Below are positions 12,556 to 24,790 of a DNA stretch of 64,000 nt, one piece after another (position 1 is the stretch's first letter; every line of letters starts with the position of its first letter). The translations under genes and the position numbers were made by a program. The notes below the pieces were generated by a model. It saw nothing but the letters and a program-made list of their open reading frames with translations, was not told the origin of the DNA and ran no database searches. Source of the stretch: Tubulanus polymorphus (taxonomy: Eukaryota > Animalia > Nemertea); the NCBI RefSeq assembly GCF_964204645.1, contig NC_134032.1:7800275-7864274 (forward strand), given 5' to 3'.

Positions 12556-13929
12556 ATGCTCGTCAAGATCTTCGTTTTGCGTGAGTAGTGATTCCATAGA
12601 AAAAATTCTTAATCCTTGACTTCAAAAGAGCTTTTTCTTGTTTTTAGATTTTGTTAACTATTCCATTATACTTCATGTCGATCTAGTTAATCAAAGTTGC
12701 CTTTCTCACGCAAAGCGAAATTATTTAAAATACATTATATTGACTATGCATTACATATTGTTTGGTTGATAGTGAAGTAAGAATTGTGTTAGTCCCGTTT
12801 CCGACGGAATACCCATATACATGTACTACGAATCTTCGTTTGGTTTGCTCCAGGATGTCGAATCTGAATATTGTACATGATGTTGTCGAACCTTTCTGAC
12901 CAAGTGCCCTTTTGAAAATCACATGAAAATTTTCACCCGACATCGATCTATGACAAAAGTCCTCAGTACTTCTTAAAGCTGTAATATGTACTAAAATTGT
13001 ATGAAAATGTACCTAAATTTTAAAAATTTTGAAAATTAGGTACATTTTTATACACTTTTAATGCATACTACAACTTTAAGAAGTACTGTGGACTCTTGCA
13101 CTCGCCGAGACTCCTTCCTTGTCTATTAAAGTGCCCTTTTCTTTTGAGGTGAACCCCACTCCCAGCCTGGATTCTCCCCTGTTCGGTACCGGTACATGAA
13201 CACAAGGGTTTTGGCCAAGAACATTTTGTTACGTGTACCATTTTCAATCAGCTAGAGTAATTCTAGAACAAAATCATCAGCAATTATTTGCCGCTGTGGG
13301 TAAATTTCCTGAGCAAAGTTGTGTTATCTTATCAAAAAGGGGACCCGGGCCGAATAGTTCCTCAGTTATCAATCGTTTAAAATATTGCCCCTTTTCCTAA
13401 ATTTGTTTCAATAAGGTTTTGCTGACTACTATGCGTCAATTGGGGGTAACTGTGCGGGCGATGTGGCGCACCACGTCATATTTTGAAGATAAATTTCGTG
13501 ATTTATTTTCTTCAAATTTCTATGTCTTTATGATAATGAATTTAATTCAATTTGATATAAATGGAATTTCTAAATGTCACCAACATAGGGATAGACTGGT
13601 TGCCAGTAAATTCCAACTCAAAATACCTTCATTGAATCAAATTATACTCTACCTAATATCAAGCATTACGAATGTATCCTATGATATTTTTCAAGGCGCC
13701 AATAGTCTTGAGTCAGTTTTTTTTTCTCTTTTTAGTGACGACTCTTCTATTTTTGGCCTATACCTCGGCTGTTATTCTAGATTATGAGGTAATCAGAAAT
13801 ACATGCGTTGAAAATGGAGGTGACAGCAAATTATGCGGCAAAATTGGTATTATAAGTAGTGAATGTGGGACCGACAATGCAAAATGTTATGGGTATATTG
13901 TCAACAAATTCTTAGGAGTTTTCAAATAA
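12556..13929 (+). CDS. Secreted 4-Cys peptide B1: join(12556..12580, 13736..13929); MLVKIFVLLTTLLFLAYTSA|VILDYEVIRNTCVENGGDSKLCGKIGIISSECGTDNAKCYGYIVNKFLGVFK
   Basis: Acceptor ttttcctcag at 12520, ATG at 12556, donor GTGAGT at 12581 and a polypyrimidine acceptor at 13735. The phase-1 join gives a 20-aa signal peptide. The mature peptide is 52 aa, C-x9-C-x9-C-x6-C. Confidence 0.87.
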
Positions 13930-14099
13930 GAATTGGAAAAAAAATTTATTGAAATACATCCTGATTCGTTGAAATAATGACGCCTGTCGCTTGAATGTCT
14001 AATTTTTGTACATTTCAAATAGATTTTCTCATTTCATTTTTGCACTTTTTGCGAAGTTTTTTAAATGATCGTAACAAGTAGTCGATTACTTAGAGCACT

Positions 14100-17000
14100 T
14101 ATCAAGGATACCGACAAGAAGAAGACCTTGTCCTCGAGAGGGGTAGGTCCGACCGGTAAGCAGAGAGAGAGAGAGAACGAACGACTACGTGGTTTTCTGT
14201 TAATGTGACGCATACTATAGAATTCTATTCCGTATTTATAGAGGAATGCACGGATACGAATAGTTACAGTTACAGTTAAAGGCTCAGTACAGTCTAATAT
14301 AGTTCATGCAGTTCCACAATTGTGTGAAGTTCAACAATTCAATATAACAATACACTATAACTGATAATCTTAGTCACGACATACTCCGGCCGCCAATTAA
14401 TCACTTAGTTAATGACTTAATTAAGTCTAAGGCTTTAAGAGCTGCGGCACGTCTAGGTAACGCACGAACGCTAGGAAATTTACACGATTTATTTAACTCT
14501 TCGGGAGAATTGACTTCTAGATAATACAGTTTGTTTATAGGTCTACTTTTTCGACCTTTAACAGTCCATAGAGCAACAGAACGAACCATGTTGTCGTTCC
14601 CACGGTTTAACGTTTCTACGACTGCCAATTTCCAGTTGATTCTCGGCGTATCGTCGTGAATCAGTACGACGTCTCCGATGCGGACTTTCTCTTGTTGACT
14701 TCCTGCAGACGACTTTTGATGACGTTCTCGAATTGCGACAAGATATTCTTCCCGCCATCTTTGCCAAAACTGCGACAAATCATGCGGTAATCGTTGAAGT
14801 CGTTTATGCATTTCGGATGCGCCGTATGTTGGATCGCTGATGGTAGTTTCGTCAACGATGGATTGAGGCATCTGCGTTAGTCGACGTCCGGACATGAGAT
14901 GAGACGGTGTTAACGGTTCTGGTTCTGCAAGTGAACTTGAAACAACGTCAATGGGCGATCATTGATAACACTTTCGCACTCAATATTGTTTGCAATTCAT
15001 CAAATGTTAATTTCGATTTGCCGAGATATTTTTTGAGACCGATTTGACGACACCAACCAAACGCTCATAAAACCCTCCAATCCATGGAGCTTTTTAATTA
15101 ATCTCCATTCTATACCTTTGGAAGTCATGAAATCTCTCACTTTTGCCGATGCAAACAAATCTCTCAGCATTTCTGACGCACATACGAAGGTTGCCGCATT
15201 ATCAGAAATTACCACTCGCGGTATAGAGCGTCTTGCAATAAAGGCTGGCTTATGTCGACAAGCAACGCGACGCCTACCGACTCCTACCGACGCAACTGAC
15301 AGCGACCGCGATCGCAGCTCAGCTTATGTCGACTGCGCTCCGATTCGCAGCAACTGAGGCCGACTATCGGGATACGAGATCCTCCCAGTTGCTTCCCTGC
15401 TTATGTCGGTTACGATTACTAGCAACTGCAACGGCTCAAATGGTCACGTGATAAGCACTTTGAGATTAAATTTGAAATATTAGGAAATATATTTCTATTA
15501 GAAAATCTATTTCTTTATGACTTTGATCTTACTGATTCTGTTTTGAATACAATGTGCTAGCGACATTTATAAAGATGGCCGCTCACACCATAATTCTACC
15601 AATTTCGTTTCTAGATTTTCGGTCAAGTCCTCTGCCGTGCTGCAGGTTTGGTTTACGTTTTGAACTACTTGAATTTGAAAGTTTATGACTAATTACGAAT
15701 GACGCTAACTAGCGGTGATAATTTGTACTATGTATATGCGGTTTCTTATTGGCTGGAACCCCTGCGCTCAGTTCCGTCGCGTCGCAGATGTGCTTATGTC
15801 GGCTGCGATCGGAAGCAACTGCCCGCCTACCGTAGGCCGAAGTAGAACATGGGCAACTAGCCGGATACGGCTTGCGACGAGTCGGTAGGCGTCGCGTAGC
15901 CGTCGCAAGCCGGCTTATGTCGTACGGATTGAGGAGCAACTGGCGGCCTCTCGTAGGCCGCTAGTTGCCGCTAATCGGCGATAAACCCAGTTGCGTCGGT
16001 AGGCGTCGCGTTGCTTGTCGACATAAGCCAGCCTTAAGACGCCTGAAAGCTATCATATCATTAACGAGTTCTAAATGCACACGTAATTAATAGAATGTAA
16101 ACTTTCGAATCACCGCGTCCACTTTTAACATATAATGCACCGGTATAGTCGATTCCAGAGACAGAAAAGGGCGGTGCTTCTTTCACTCTAACCGACTGTA
16201 ATGGTGCTGAACTCGGTAACTTAAACGGTAAACCCGACAGTAATTTACACGTAATACAGGGTCGCAGATACAACTCTTCGACGAAAGGCTGGTATCTCTG
16301 CCTGATGTACGTTACAGTTTCATTAACTCCCTGATGCATGACTTTGTTACAGTGCACATACAGGATGAAAAGTTTAGTATAATGATGAAAATTCGGCAAA
16401 AGGATAGGGAACTTCGCGCTTTCTGGGATGTCTGCATTATCCAGCCTCCCACGACAGCGTAACATGCCATACGAACCAAAAAATAGACGGAGATGTTGAA
16501 TTATGCTAGGCTCTCGCTTTTTCAACAACAAAGCACTGAACACATCGCGATAATACTCTTTCTGAATCGAACTTACCCATATAGGCGCTCCGCTTCCTCC
16601 AGCTCAGATACTGTGATAGAGTCATCCACCACGTCACGGCCTTTACACTTGTCAACACATCGCTTAACGAATGTGACTCTTGGCAACTTTGTAAGAGAAC
16701 TATAATGATTTACATCAATTATGTTATGAACGCCAGGTAAACTACAAGATAACGTATATACAGACGAAGATGAATCACTGCTCATATCAGTACTCTCAGT
16801 ACTAGCAACAGAAAAATTACAAATATGGGTTTCTGGCCAAGCGGGTGTGGCCAACCACCGTGGGCCATACCACCAAGTTGAGAACATACTAATTGTCTAG
16901 AACTCAAACCACGAGTAAGTAAGTCAGCCGGATTGTGTTCTGATTTAACATAACGCTACATACATGCATCAGACAGTTTCAGAATTTCAGAAAAAATCGG

Positions 17001-18720
17001 GGATGATTTAGCCGATTTAATCCAATTCAACACAACCTGGCTGTCTGACCAAAGACAAATTTCAACTAAGTCTAGATTGAGAGATTTTTTCACATAAACA
17101 GCAAGGCGTGAGGCCAACAATGCTGCAAGTAATTCCATTTTAGGTATAGACCGTTTTTTGATTGGACTCACTCGACTTTTAGCCATTACAAAGGACGTGT
17201 TTTCTCCACAACGGAGATATGCTACAAACCCGTAAGCCTTGTCGCTCGTATCTGCGAACACACAAAGCTGACAAACATTATTAACAATGCAATCAACATC
17301 AAAATAGTGGCGGTGTAAATAAATCTCATTTACAGATTCTTGTAAATCGGATAACATTGAAAACCATTCATCTCTCAAATCAGCGGGTAACGGTTCATCC
17401 CAATCATATTTTCCAATCCAAAGTTTTTGTATGAGCATTCTAGCTTTGATAGACACAGGGGAAATGATACCTAACGGATCAAATACTTTAGCGGTATCCT
17501 TCACAACTTCACGTTTAGTAATTAAACGGTAATCAGAACTACTCACGAAATCCGCTAACTTGAGAGAATCATCATTACAATTCCATTTCAGACCTAATGC
17601 TTTGACTTCTTGCTTTTCACTGCAAACATTTTCGGTCTTACATTTTCGATTTAATTCTGCCGAATTTGATGACCACGTAAGCATCTACGTAGGTTGTTTA
17701 CTAACTTCAGCCACTGCCCTGAACTCTGGCTTCCCTCCCTCTATGCAAACTACTAATTTATCACCCCAATAAAATCTTTGCACCGAACAACACCACTCTA
17801 AATCGATAGGCTTCCAACGGACCCTCTGCATCGGAAGGGTCTTTGAGGAATCTGACAAAATCTCTGTCTTCTTCCGGCAGAACTATCTGAAGGAACGCCT
17901 TCTCGATGTCTGAACAAAAGGCATATCGATGCAACCTGAAACGTAGTAGGATAGCAACCAAATTATTCAAAAGAATAGGACCTTTTAACTAACAATCATT
18001 CAAACTTACTTCTCCTGCGCTACAATTATATACGATCCGTATAGGGCAGGGCCGTCGGAACAGGGGCAGCCAAAGCCGCCCCCTTTTTATGCTTAACAAA
18101 ATTTTTTTCAAAAGCACGCTATACCGCGTAGCGTTCTCTGTATTAGGTGGTTTGCCCCGTGAAATGGCCCCAAAACGCATCTCCGGCGATTGAATTTTCA
18201 AAATGTTTCTAGGGGAGGGCCCCCAATAATACTCAAGTTTCGAACTAACAGCAGTTTGCCCATCGCCTTTGGTTGCTTGTCACCAACAAACTTCCAAAAG
18301 AAATCTGCTCCAATAAGCAGAGATACATTAAATCAATCTGAATTAACAGGTGCAGCTAATTTTAGCACTTTGATTGACATTGTTTACCAAAAGCGATGCA
18401 ATCTCAGGGCACACTAAAGATTCAATAGCGATCTGATCGCCATCTAGCGATTGAACAAATAATTTAACCACTTCCATATTTCTACAGATTTTCTAACCTC
18501 CAAAACCTGACACTGTCATTTCTTCTCTCCTGACAGACTTCAAATTCAAAGTCGTTACAAGTTCCTCAGTACCGAAAGATTTAGTTGCGCCCTCGTCAAA
18601 AAGTATATTAGCCTCAACCTGTAGAGTACTGTTGGCGGTACTAGAGACTGGAGCTACAGCAGTTTTCAACAGAACATTAGAAGACGTATTACGATGATAA
18701 TTCAATGATTGCCGGTATCT
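14100..18720 (-). mobile_element. Decayed BEL/Pao LTR retrotransposon (protease-RT-RNaseH-integrase, 3' LTR), 5'-truncated
   Basis: Protease ILFDEGATKSF; RT SDIEKAFLQI and YRFRVVLFGA; Pao RNaseH VFDPLGIISP, FADTSDKAYG, MELLAALL, WSDSQVVL; integrase GIDYTG, SDNAATF; C-terminal FWQRWREEYL. The LTR starts TGT at 14381 after GGCGGCCGGAGTA. Its far end is uncertain. Confidence 0.93.
15242..16034. mobile_element. PIF/Harbinger (Tourist-like) MITE nested in the BEL integrase
   Basis: ~40-bp perfect TIR AGGCTGGCTTATGTCGACAAGCAACGCGACGCCTACCGAC with TAA TSD. Removing it restores the integrase reading AFRRLIARRSIP. Confidence 0.93.
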
Positions 18721-18721
18721 A

Positions 18722-19001
18722 TGGTGGCTGATTGTGATGACTAAAAAAATTTTCTGTACGGCTAAAGCACCGATAAAGAATTTTTCACATTGGCCCGTTT
18801 TTTGGTTTTCTCGCGCTAGAATTCAAAACTTTTACTTTTTCTCGCGCGAGAATTCAAAACTTTTGGTTTTCTCGCGCGAGAAAAGCAAAATGTTTTGAAT
18901 TCTCGAGCGAGAAAACCAAACCTTCTGAATTCTCGCGCGAGAAAACCAAAAAAGGGCCACTGTGAACATTTTTTATCGGTGCTTTAGCCGTACAGAAAAA
19001 T
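18722..19001. mobile_element. Palindromic MITE with internal CTCGCGCGAGAA repeats; related copies at ~11545-11730 and ~36180-36335
   Basis: Long inverted arms: ttttctgtacggctaaagcaccgataaa / tttatcggtgctttagccgtacagaaaa. Confidence 0.75.
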
Positions 19002-19448
19002 ATGAAGAGGAATAGATGGGTGGGCCTGCTGTGTACGGGCAACTCATAAAATAGCCGATGCAAATGTCTTGTTTTGTAATTATAGCAGAACTGTTATCAA
19101 AATTTGTAGCATGTATCATTTATGAATGTATTACATTCCAAAATAACCTTTACACAATATTCTATTTATGGGGCATTTTGGTTCTTCGATTTAACGTTTC
19201 GATTTCTGGTTTCTGCGTCTCACATCTTTCCAGTTATATATACTTACTTAGGTTGGATAGCTTGCTGCGTGGATTTGAAGCCTATGCACATTCGCACCAT
19301 TTGATAACCTGGAATGATATCTTCTAGAATACTGTGTGCTGAATATTGATTGGAAATTAGGAAGCTCTGTTGCTCGCCCGTCGTTCCATTACACTTTTTT
19401 CCATTAAGCCATTAAATATAATCGAAAATATTGACAGCGTTTGAAATT

Positions 19449-20152
19449 ATGGTAATCAATCATACGACAACTTTGACGCGTGGTTTGATAATTGTGGATA
19501 TCAGGTATGTACATGGGAAGTAGTACCCGACAGCATTCATAACGTTGTCGGCTATCAACATGGTCCTAGCATGGACGTATAAACTAGTTTATACGTCCAT
19601 GGTCCTAGTCACTGTGTTTGGTTTAGTCGGCAATGGCCTCATAGTTAGCGATCATGTTGACTCCCAAATTCCGCAAGCAACTGTTTGGGAATTTTTCTAT
19701 CATTCTTGCCGTATCGGATAGTGGTGCGATAGTTTGTTATTTATTAATGTGTCTGAGTGCAGTTTATTATCACGTTTACCGAACGATTTTGATAGTTATT
19801 CATCGCGATGATTTTACTTGCATTGCGCTTTTAGTTATGTACGCTGTTTTCGTATCATTAAGTCCAAATGTGCTTTGTTTGATATCGTTGGAAAGAGCTT
19901 GTATCGTGCGATTTCTATTTCTGGGACCTCGATTCTGGAATTCAACTGCTGTCAAACTGGTTTCGCTGTTATCAATTTGTGCACCGCTCTGTATTGTTAC
20001 ATCCGAGGCTATAAAGGTGTAGTGTATATGGAATTGGCTACGTTCACACAATGGATAAAACTTAAATCAAAGCCATACAAATAACATGTATTTCATTCAT
20101 ACCAAGCTCAGTAATAATATTCTAAACTGCCTTTATAGTTCTTACACTCGCA
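19449..20152 (+). pseudogene. Pseudogenised copy of the 7202-8137 GPCR
   Basis: High nucleotide similarity to the 7202 gene. Lesions: TAG at 19521 (CAA in the intact copy), a 39-bp insertion at 19570, frameshifts near 19645 and 20010, and loss of homology after TM5 (~20152). Confidence 0.92.
19563..19608. mobile_element. 32-bp perfect palindrome with 7-bp TSD; probable P-superfamily excision footprint
   Basis: GTCCTAG-[CATGGACGTATAAACT AGTTTATACGTCCATG]-GTCCTAG. It is absent at the corresponding site of the intact paralog (~7315). Confidence 0.7.
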
Positions 20153-20979
20153 AAATATCACTGAATCATTAAAAAAGAACTGTTAAATTACCTTATTTAC
20201 TACGAATGATGTTTACAGACAGACATCTTATTTAGTTCAATATCAAAGGAGCTGATAAGGGAAAAATAAAAATAAATAAAATATAGCACACTCGACCTAA
20301 ACGTGATTGACCAAATGGTTTGACCCGGTGAATGTCCGGACCGTATTCAGGGCCGTACCTGCATTTGAAACTGAGGGGACAGAGAAATCTGAAAGGGGCC
20401 GTTATATAGGATATAACAATCATATATATCCGGGAAAAGGGCACTTTTCAAAAGTATTTGGGAGATAACTGCCCCCCTTGCCCCTGCTAAATACGGCCTT
20501 GGTGTTCCGTGTATTACGGTGATGATTAAGGATAGTGCCCCCTTGAAAGTGAACTGTCACATTCTATCAATGAGCAATAAAAAAAAGGTTTCTACTGGTA
20601 ACATCTCATGATGGTCTTTATGACATATCATCAAGTGCAGGAGGCCTAACTTAATGCACTGGGACCTGTTAAGGTGACCGTACAAAGGTGCCCTTGGCCG
20701 AAAACCTAAATGAGATGTTCGTACACCCAACCCTTATTATACCACCCACATCACTGATTTTAGATTTTTGGCTCTATGAGTACCGTGATATATCAGGGAT
20801 TGATTTTGACTAGTTTCAAGGGAAAAGACCGATGGTTCTGTAAGGCGGGGTAGCAGTTAGTTGGGAGTTTGCTGTATCAAAAAGCATAAGAAGCACATTT
20901 TAAAGAATATCTGTTGCTTGTATATTTAAATGATTACCATATTAACATAATGATAAGATATCATAAATAAAAGTAAGCC

Positions 20980-21461
20980 TTACATCGGCTTTACTACAGC
21001 CCATTTTCTCCCCACACATCCAGAGTCGTTTTGGAGACATTCGTTGATAATTCTGCCAACAGACTTGCAATAATCTCCACAATTATTAGGCTTTCCCACA
21101 TCCTTGCTACAAATATTGGTGCAGATGGTAACGTCAATCGCAGCCTCAGAAGCGCTTATACAAACCAGTATTACTGAAATCGAAATGAGAGCACGATGCA
21201 ATGTAACACCATCTTCACAAAAAAATCATTTAAAGTACCCTAAAAATCCATTGAATCATACGCTATTTCGGGTGCAGCTATCTAATGCCACCTGAAAAAA
21301 TTAACACCTAAAGAATTCAACTCTTTTTTTGTAAAACTGTACCCTGGGCGGCATCATATTATTTCAAAGAGTATCCAGAACCTGAACTTTGAACCTGTAC
21401 TTTGATTTTAAACTCGAGGGAAAAAGTAGTACTTACCGATAACACTTAGACAAGTGCGCAT
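20980..21461 (-). CDS. Secreted 6-Cys peptide A2: join(21437..21461, 20980..21173); MRTCLSVIVILVCISASEA|AIDVTICTNICSKDVGKPNNCGDYCKSVGRIINECLQNDSGCVGRKWAVVKPM
   Basis: Same 25-nt first coding exon, GTAAGT donor and phase-1 acceptor as A1. Non-coding exon donor at 21879. The mature peptide is 53 aa, C-x3-C-x9-C-x3-C-x9-C-x6-C. Confidence 0.88.
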
Positions 21462-24400
21462 CTTCGAGCGTCAGATTTATAGCAAAATTAAGACTACAAA
21501 AGATAAATCCGGTGAGTAAGTAGGTAAAAAAGCACGCGTATGCACAAATAGAGTCTACAGTGTAGATGTCTGTGGTGCCGAAACGTGCAAATGCGGAGAG
21601 AAAATATCAAAGCCGATAGGAATCCTTTTCTTGTTTTGTGGATTAAAACTGACGTAGGCCTAATCATAAAATAGATTTCATAGAAAATCCCTGAAGATGT
21701 TATTTGCTTTGTTGCTGTTAACCCTCAACTTCTGAATTGATGTTGGCCCTCTGATACCCGTAGCCACCATAGTAACAAAAACCAAAATTATTCACGACTG
21801 AGTGACCTTGAGTAATTAATATGATTTCATACAGATGAATGAATACTCATTTTCTTTAACTTTAAAGTCTCTGACTTACAGTACTATTTACTTGCGGTGT
21901 AGCTTCCAGTTCTTTCCTGCGATATTTCAACTGGTTTAAAATGCCCACTCTTGTATTACGTTCAGTCCGCTACTAGAAATTCGGGGGGCGTGGAAAATTT
22001 ACATTTTCATTTTGTCGTGATTGGCCATATTCGTCGATGGTCGTATATAATAAGAACGGGAATTTGCAAACAATGTAAACAAAGCTTACTGAAACAGTTT
22101 CTGTAATTGACAAATAAGGTTAACCGGACAAAACGAATGTTGCCATTCATGAAAAGATCAGCTGCGCACCTGTTTTCTTCGCTGGGAATAATTGACACAA
22201 CTCAAGTCGATCACCATACGGCCCTTAACAATTCAATTCAATTCATGCATTCAGTGAATGATGACGCTGAAAATAAATAAAAGAAAGAAATACATGCTTT
22301 TTACAAACCTGTAAAACAAGTGCATGCAAAAAAGAAATTGAATTAAAATTTTACATAAAGGATAAAAGAGAAGAAACATTCACAGGTCAATCATTGTACA
22401 AACACACGGAAGAAGGTTATTTCAAAGAAAGGAAATCAACTAATACATTCGCGTTCGACATTGTGACATTTCCTTTTATGCCGAATCCTGCACCGCTTCA
22501 AATCAGAAAATAATTCACAAATTCATTCGTAAGGTTCGTCGATAGGTGGATTGTATCGTTACGAAAGCCTTCGTTATGTAAATAGAAAAAAGAAAAAAGC
22601 AGACAATGTTTCTGTAGTGGGGACTAATCAAACACGTAGCAAATGTAATATATTTCGAATAACAATCTGAACACCAATGTCCACTGAGTAGAGTCTATAA
22701 ACTGTTCTGACTATAACCTTTTTAAATTGGGAAAGGGAAACATGGAAGAATCTCAAGGATTAAGGACTTAAACGTTATGCTTAATGGAGCCAAACAAGAA
22801 AGTTGGGTAGTCCTCCACTCTTTGGAAACTGAGCACAATTTTGATTTGATTCCTTTAAAGCAATCTCTAAAAAAGACACATACGTCGCGATCACACGAGT
22901 GTTTTTGGTACGGGTAAAATTTGGTCCGTGCCAAAATGTTCACATTTGGCCCCACCTTTTACGTCGAACCAGACCCGAGCCAAAGCACGAAACAAATGAT
23001 AGCGTTTGAATTGCAACTGCTTCCGAAATGACCCACTTCGGTTTGTTTGAGTATTGATCATTATCAAGTGAGTGGTTTACGTGTGAGCGCTCTATAATTA
23101 GGCACAGGCCAAATTTGGCTCGGGACAGATCCCTGCCAATTTTCCCGGGCCAAATCGCCTCCGCGTGATCGCAGCTAGACTCAAACTTCTTTCAGAGTAC
23201 ACAAGTACTCCAGTAGCCCGAATAACCTAATGTGCAGTGATCCCCTGTCCTTTTTTCATGCTCACTTGCAGGATACTTGTCTTCGACGGGTTGGTTGATA
23301 GGGAGACACTGGTAGGCTATAAGCAAGTTCACTATTTCCTCATAGAAGGAGATATCTTCCGAAATGGCTGATGATGTTTTGTACTTCATTTTGCTAGTAG
23401 TTTCTTTTACTCAATCCAATGCCTCCTTGTGACCATGTACATTTTATATAGTAAAAAAAAACGTTCCCACGGTTATATAGGACCAAATTATTTTGTCACA
23501 TCAACACGAAACACCCCACCAAATAACGGTGATGTGTCCTCCGAAAAACCTCCAACCAATGTATATACCCCGGTGTTTTCTAGATTGATATATTGTGTAT
23601 TTATTTGATTTATCATTTCTACTGAAGAAGCGTGTAGCAACCACCCGAAATATTTCTGTATTTTTATGAACTTTTTATTCATTCAATTATTGTTGCTAAA
23701 AAATTGAGTCCTTGTTTCTCCTATCTGTTAACCCAGCCGGCCGTCTATCTACCCGGTACATAACATTTTTATAAACAAGATTAAGCTAACTATTACAGAC
23801 CCAGCAGCTAAATGAACAGATTGCAAATGTTATTGCGATTTACAAAAAAATCCATTTTAACGTTCGTTCAACGAATCCACATTTGCTCATTACCGAAATT
23901 TTTCTCGTTTTAACGTGTTTTAACCTCTGTTTCATCGCATGACAGCGTGTGTTCACAGTGATAAAACCAATTCGTGTGTTAAAACGACTAATAATTTTCC
24001 GTTTCAACGCAGCACTTAAAAATTGATGTTTTGTTCATTTAACGTTTTGCACTGGAACAGATTTCTAAAGTTAAGCTGGAAAGATTGCTTCGTACATGAC
24101 TTTCTTTTCATACACTGCCCGAACTAGCAACCGTTGCATTCTTATTCGTTTTCCAACAAATGAGTTATATCATAGAAACTGTAGAGAAACTGTACTAGTG
24201 AATTACACCACGCCACGCAGACTCGATAAAACTTTCAATATTCATAGCTTGGCCAATTGTCACACTTTCACAACACGTTTCACTTCAGGGTTTTATAATT
24301 CCAGCGTTTTTCTGCCCTAAATACACCGTACCATATGAAGCTCAATAGAATTTTCTGGAGTTAATTTGGCCAACAGGCACACTACTAGGGTTGAAGTAGC

Positions 24401-24669
24401 AGGTGTGTTTCGCTGTAGAGATCTCACGTCATTCGTAAGCCTGTTGTTGAATCACGGAGAATAAACGTCAATCAGACTCGATAGTTTCTATATAACATGC
24501 GCAAAGGGCCATGTAATTGTTTTATTGTTTCAGCGGAACTGTCGTCGTACGCATTCATACATTTTATTCCGTAAGCATATTATCATTTAATTCGTGTGAA
24601 GATTAATGAATTTGGTGAATATTGAAATTAGCATACCTGCATGTTCACACATTTTCAGTTTCAGCGTTC

Positions 24670-24790
24670 AACTCTGGGAAGCCAGGTCGTTGGTTCGAAC
24701 ATTGCCTCTTTCCATGAATAAATGGGTACCAGGCCTGATAGATGACCCCTGAGCACCAAACTGCTGCTCGGGTATTTCATCTCTCCAAGG
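24670..24790 (+). mobile_element. SINE-like fragment where B2 exon 2 is expected
   Basis: B-box-like GGTTCGAA followed by a TAAATGGGTACC core. It interrupts homology with the B1 exon-2 region. Confidence 0.45.

Larger units (their letters stand above)
6810..14010. repeat. Segmental duplication unit 1 (GPCR + peptide A1 + peptide B1)
   Basis: Collinear direct homology with ~19070-27450, from the GPCR upstream region (atagcagatttgttaccaaaatt vs atagcagaactgttatcaaaatt) to the B 3' UTR (gacgcctgtcgcttgaat vs gacgcctgttgcttgaat). Confidence 0.9.

Noticed and set aside
13672-13735. ORF-track N-termini of the peptides (MYPMIFF.., MHRAL.., MFIIS..) and of the 37713 ORF
   Set aside because: These read through intron polypyrimidine tracts. 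Upstream exons with canonical splice sites give better signal peptides (B2 remains unresolved).
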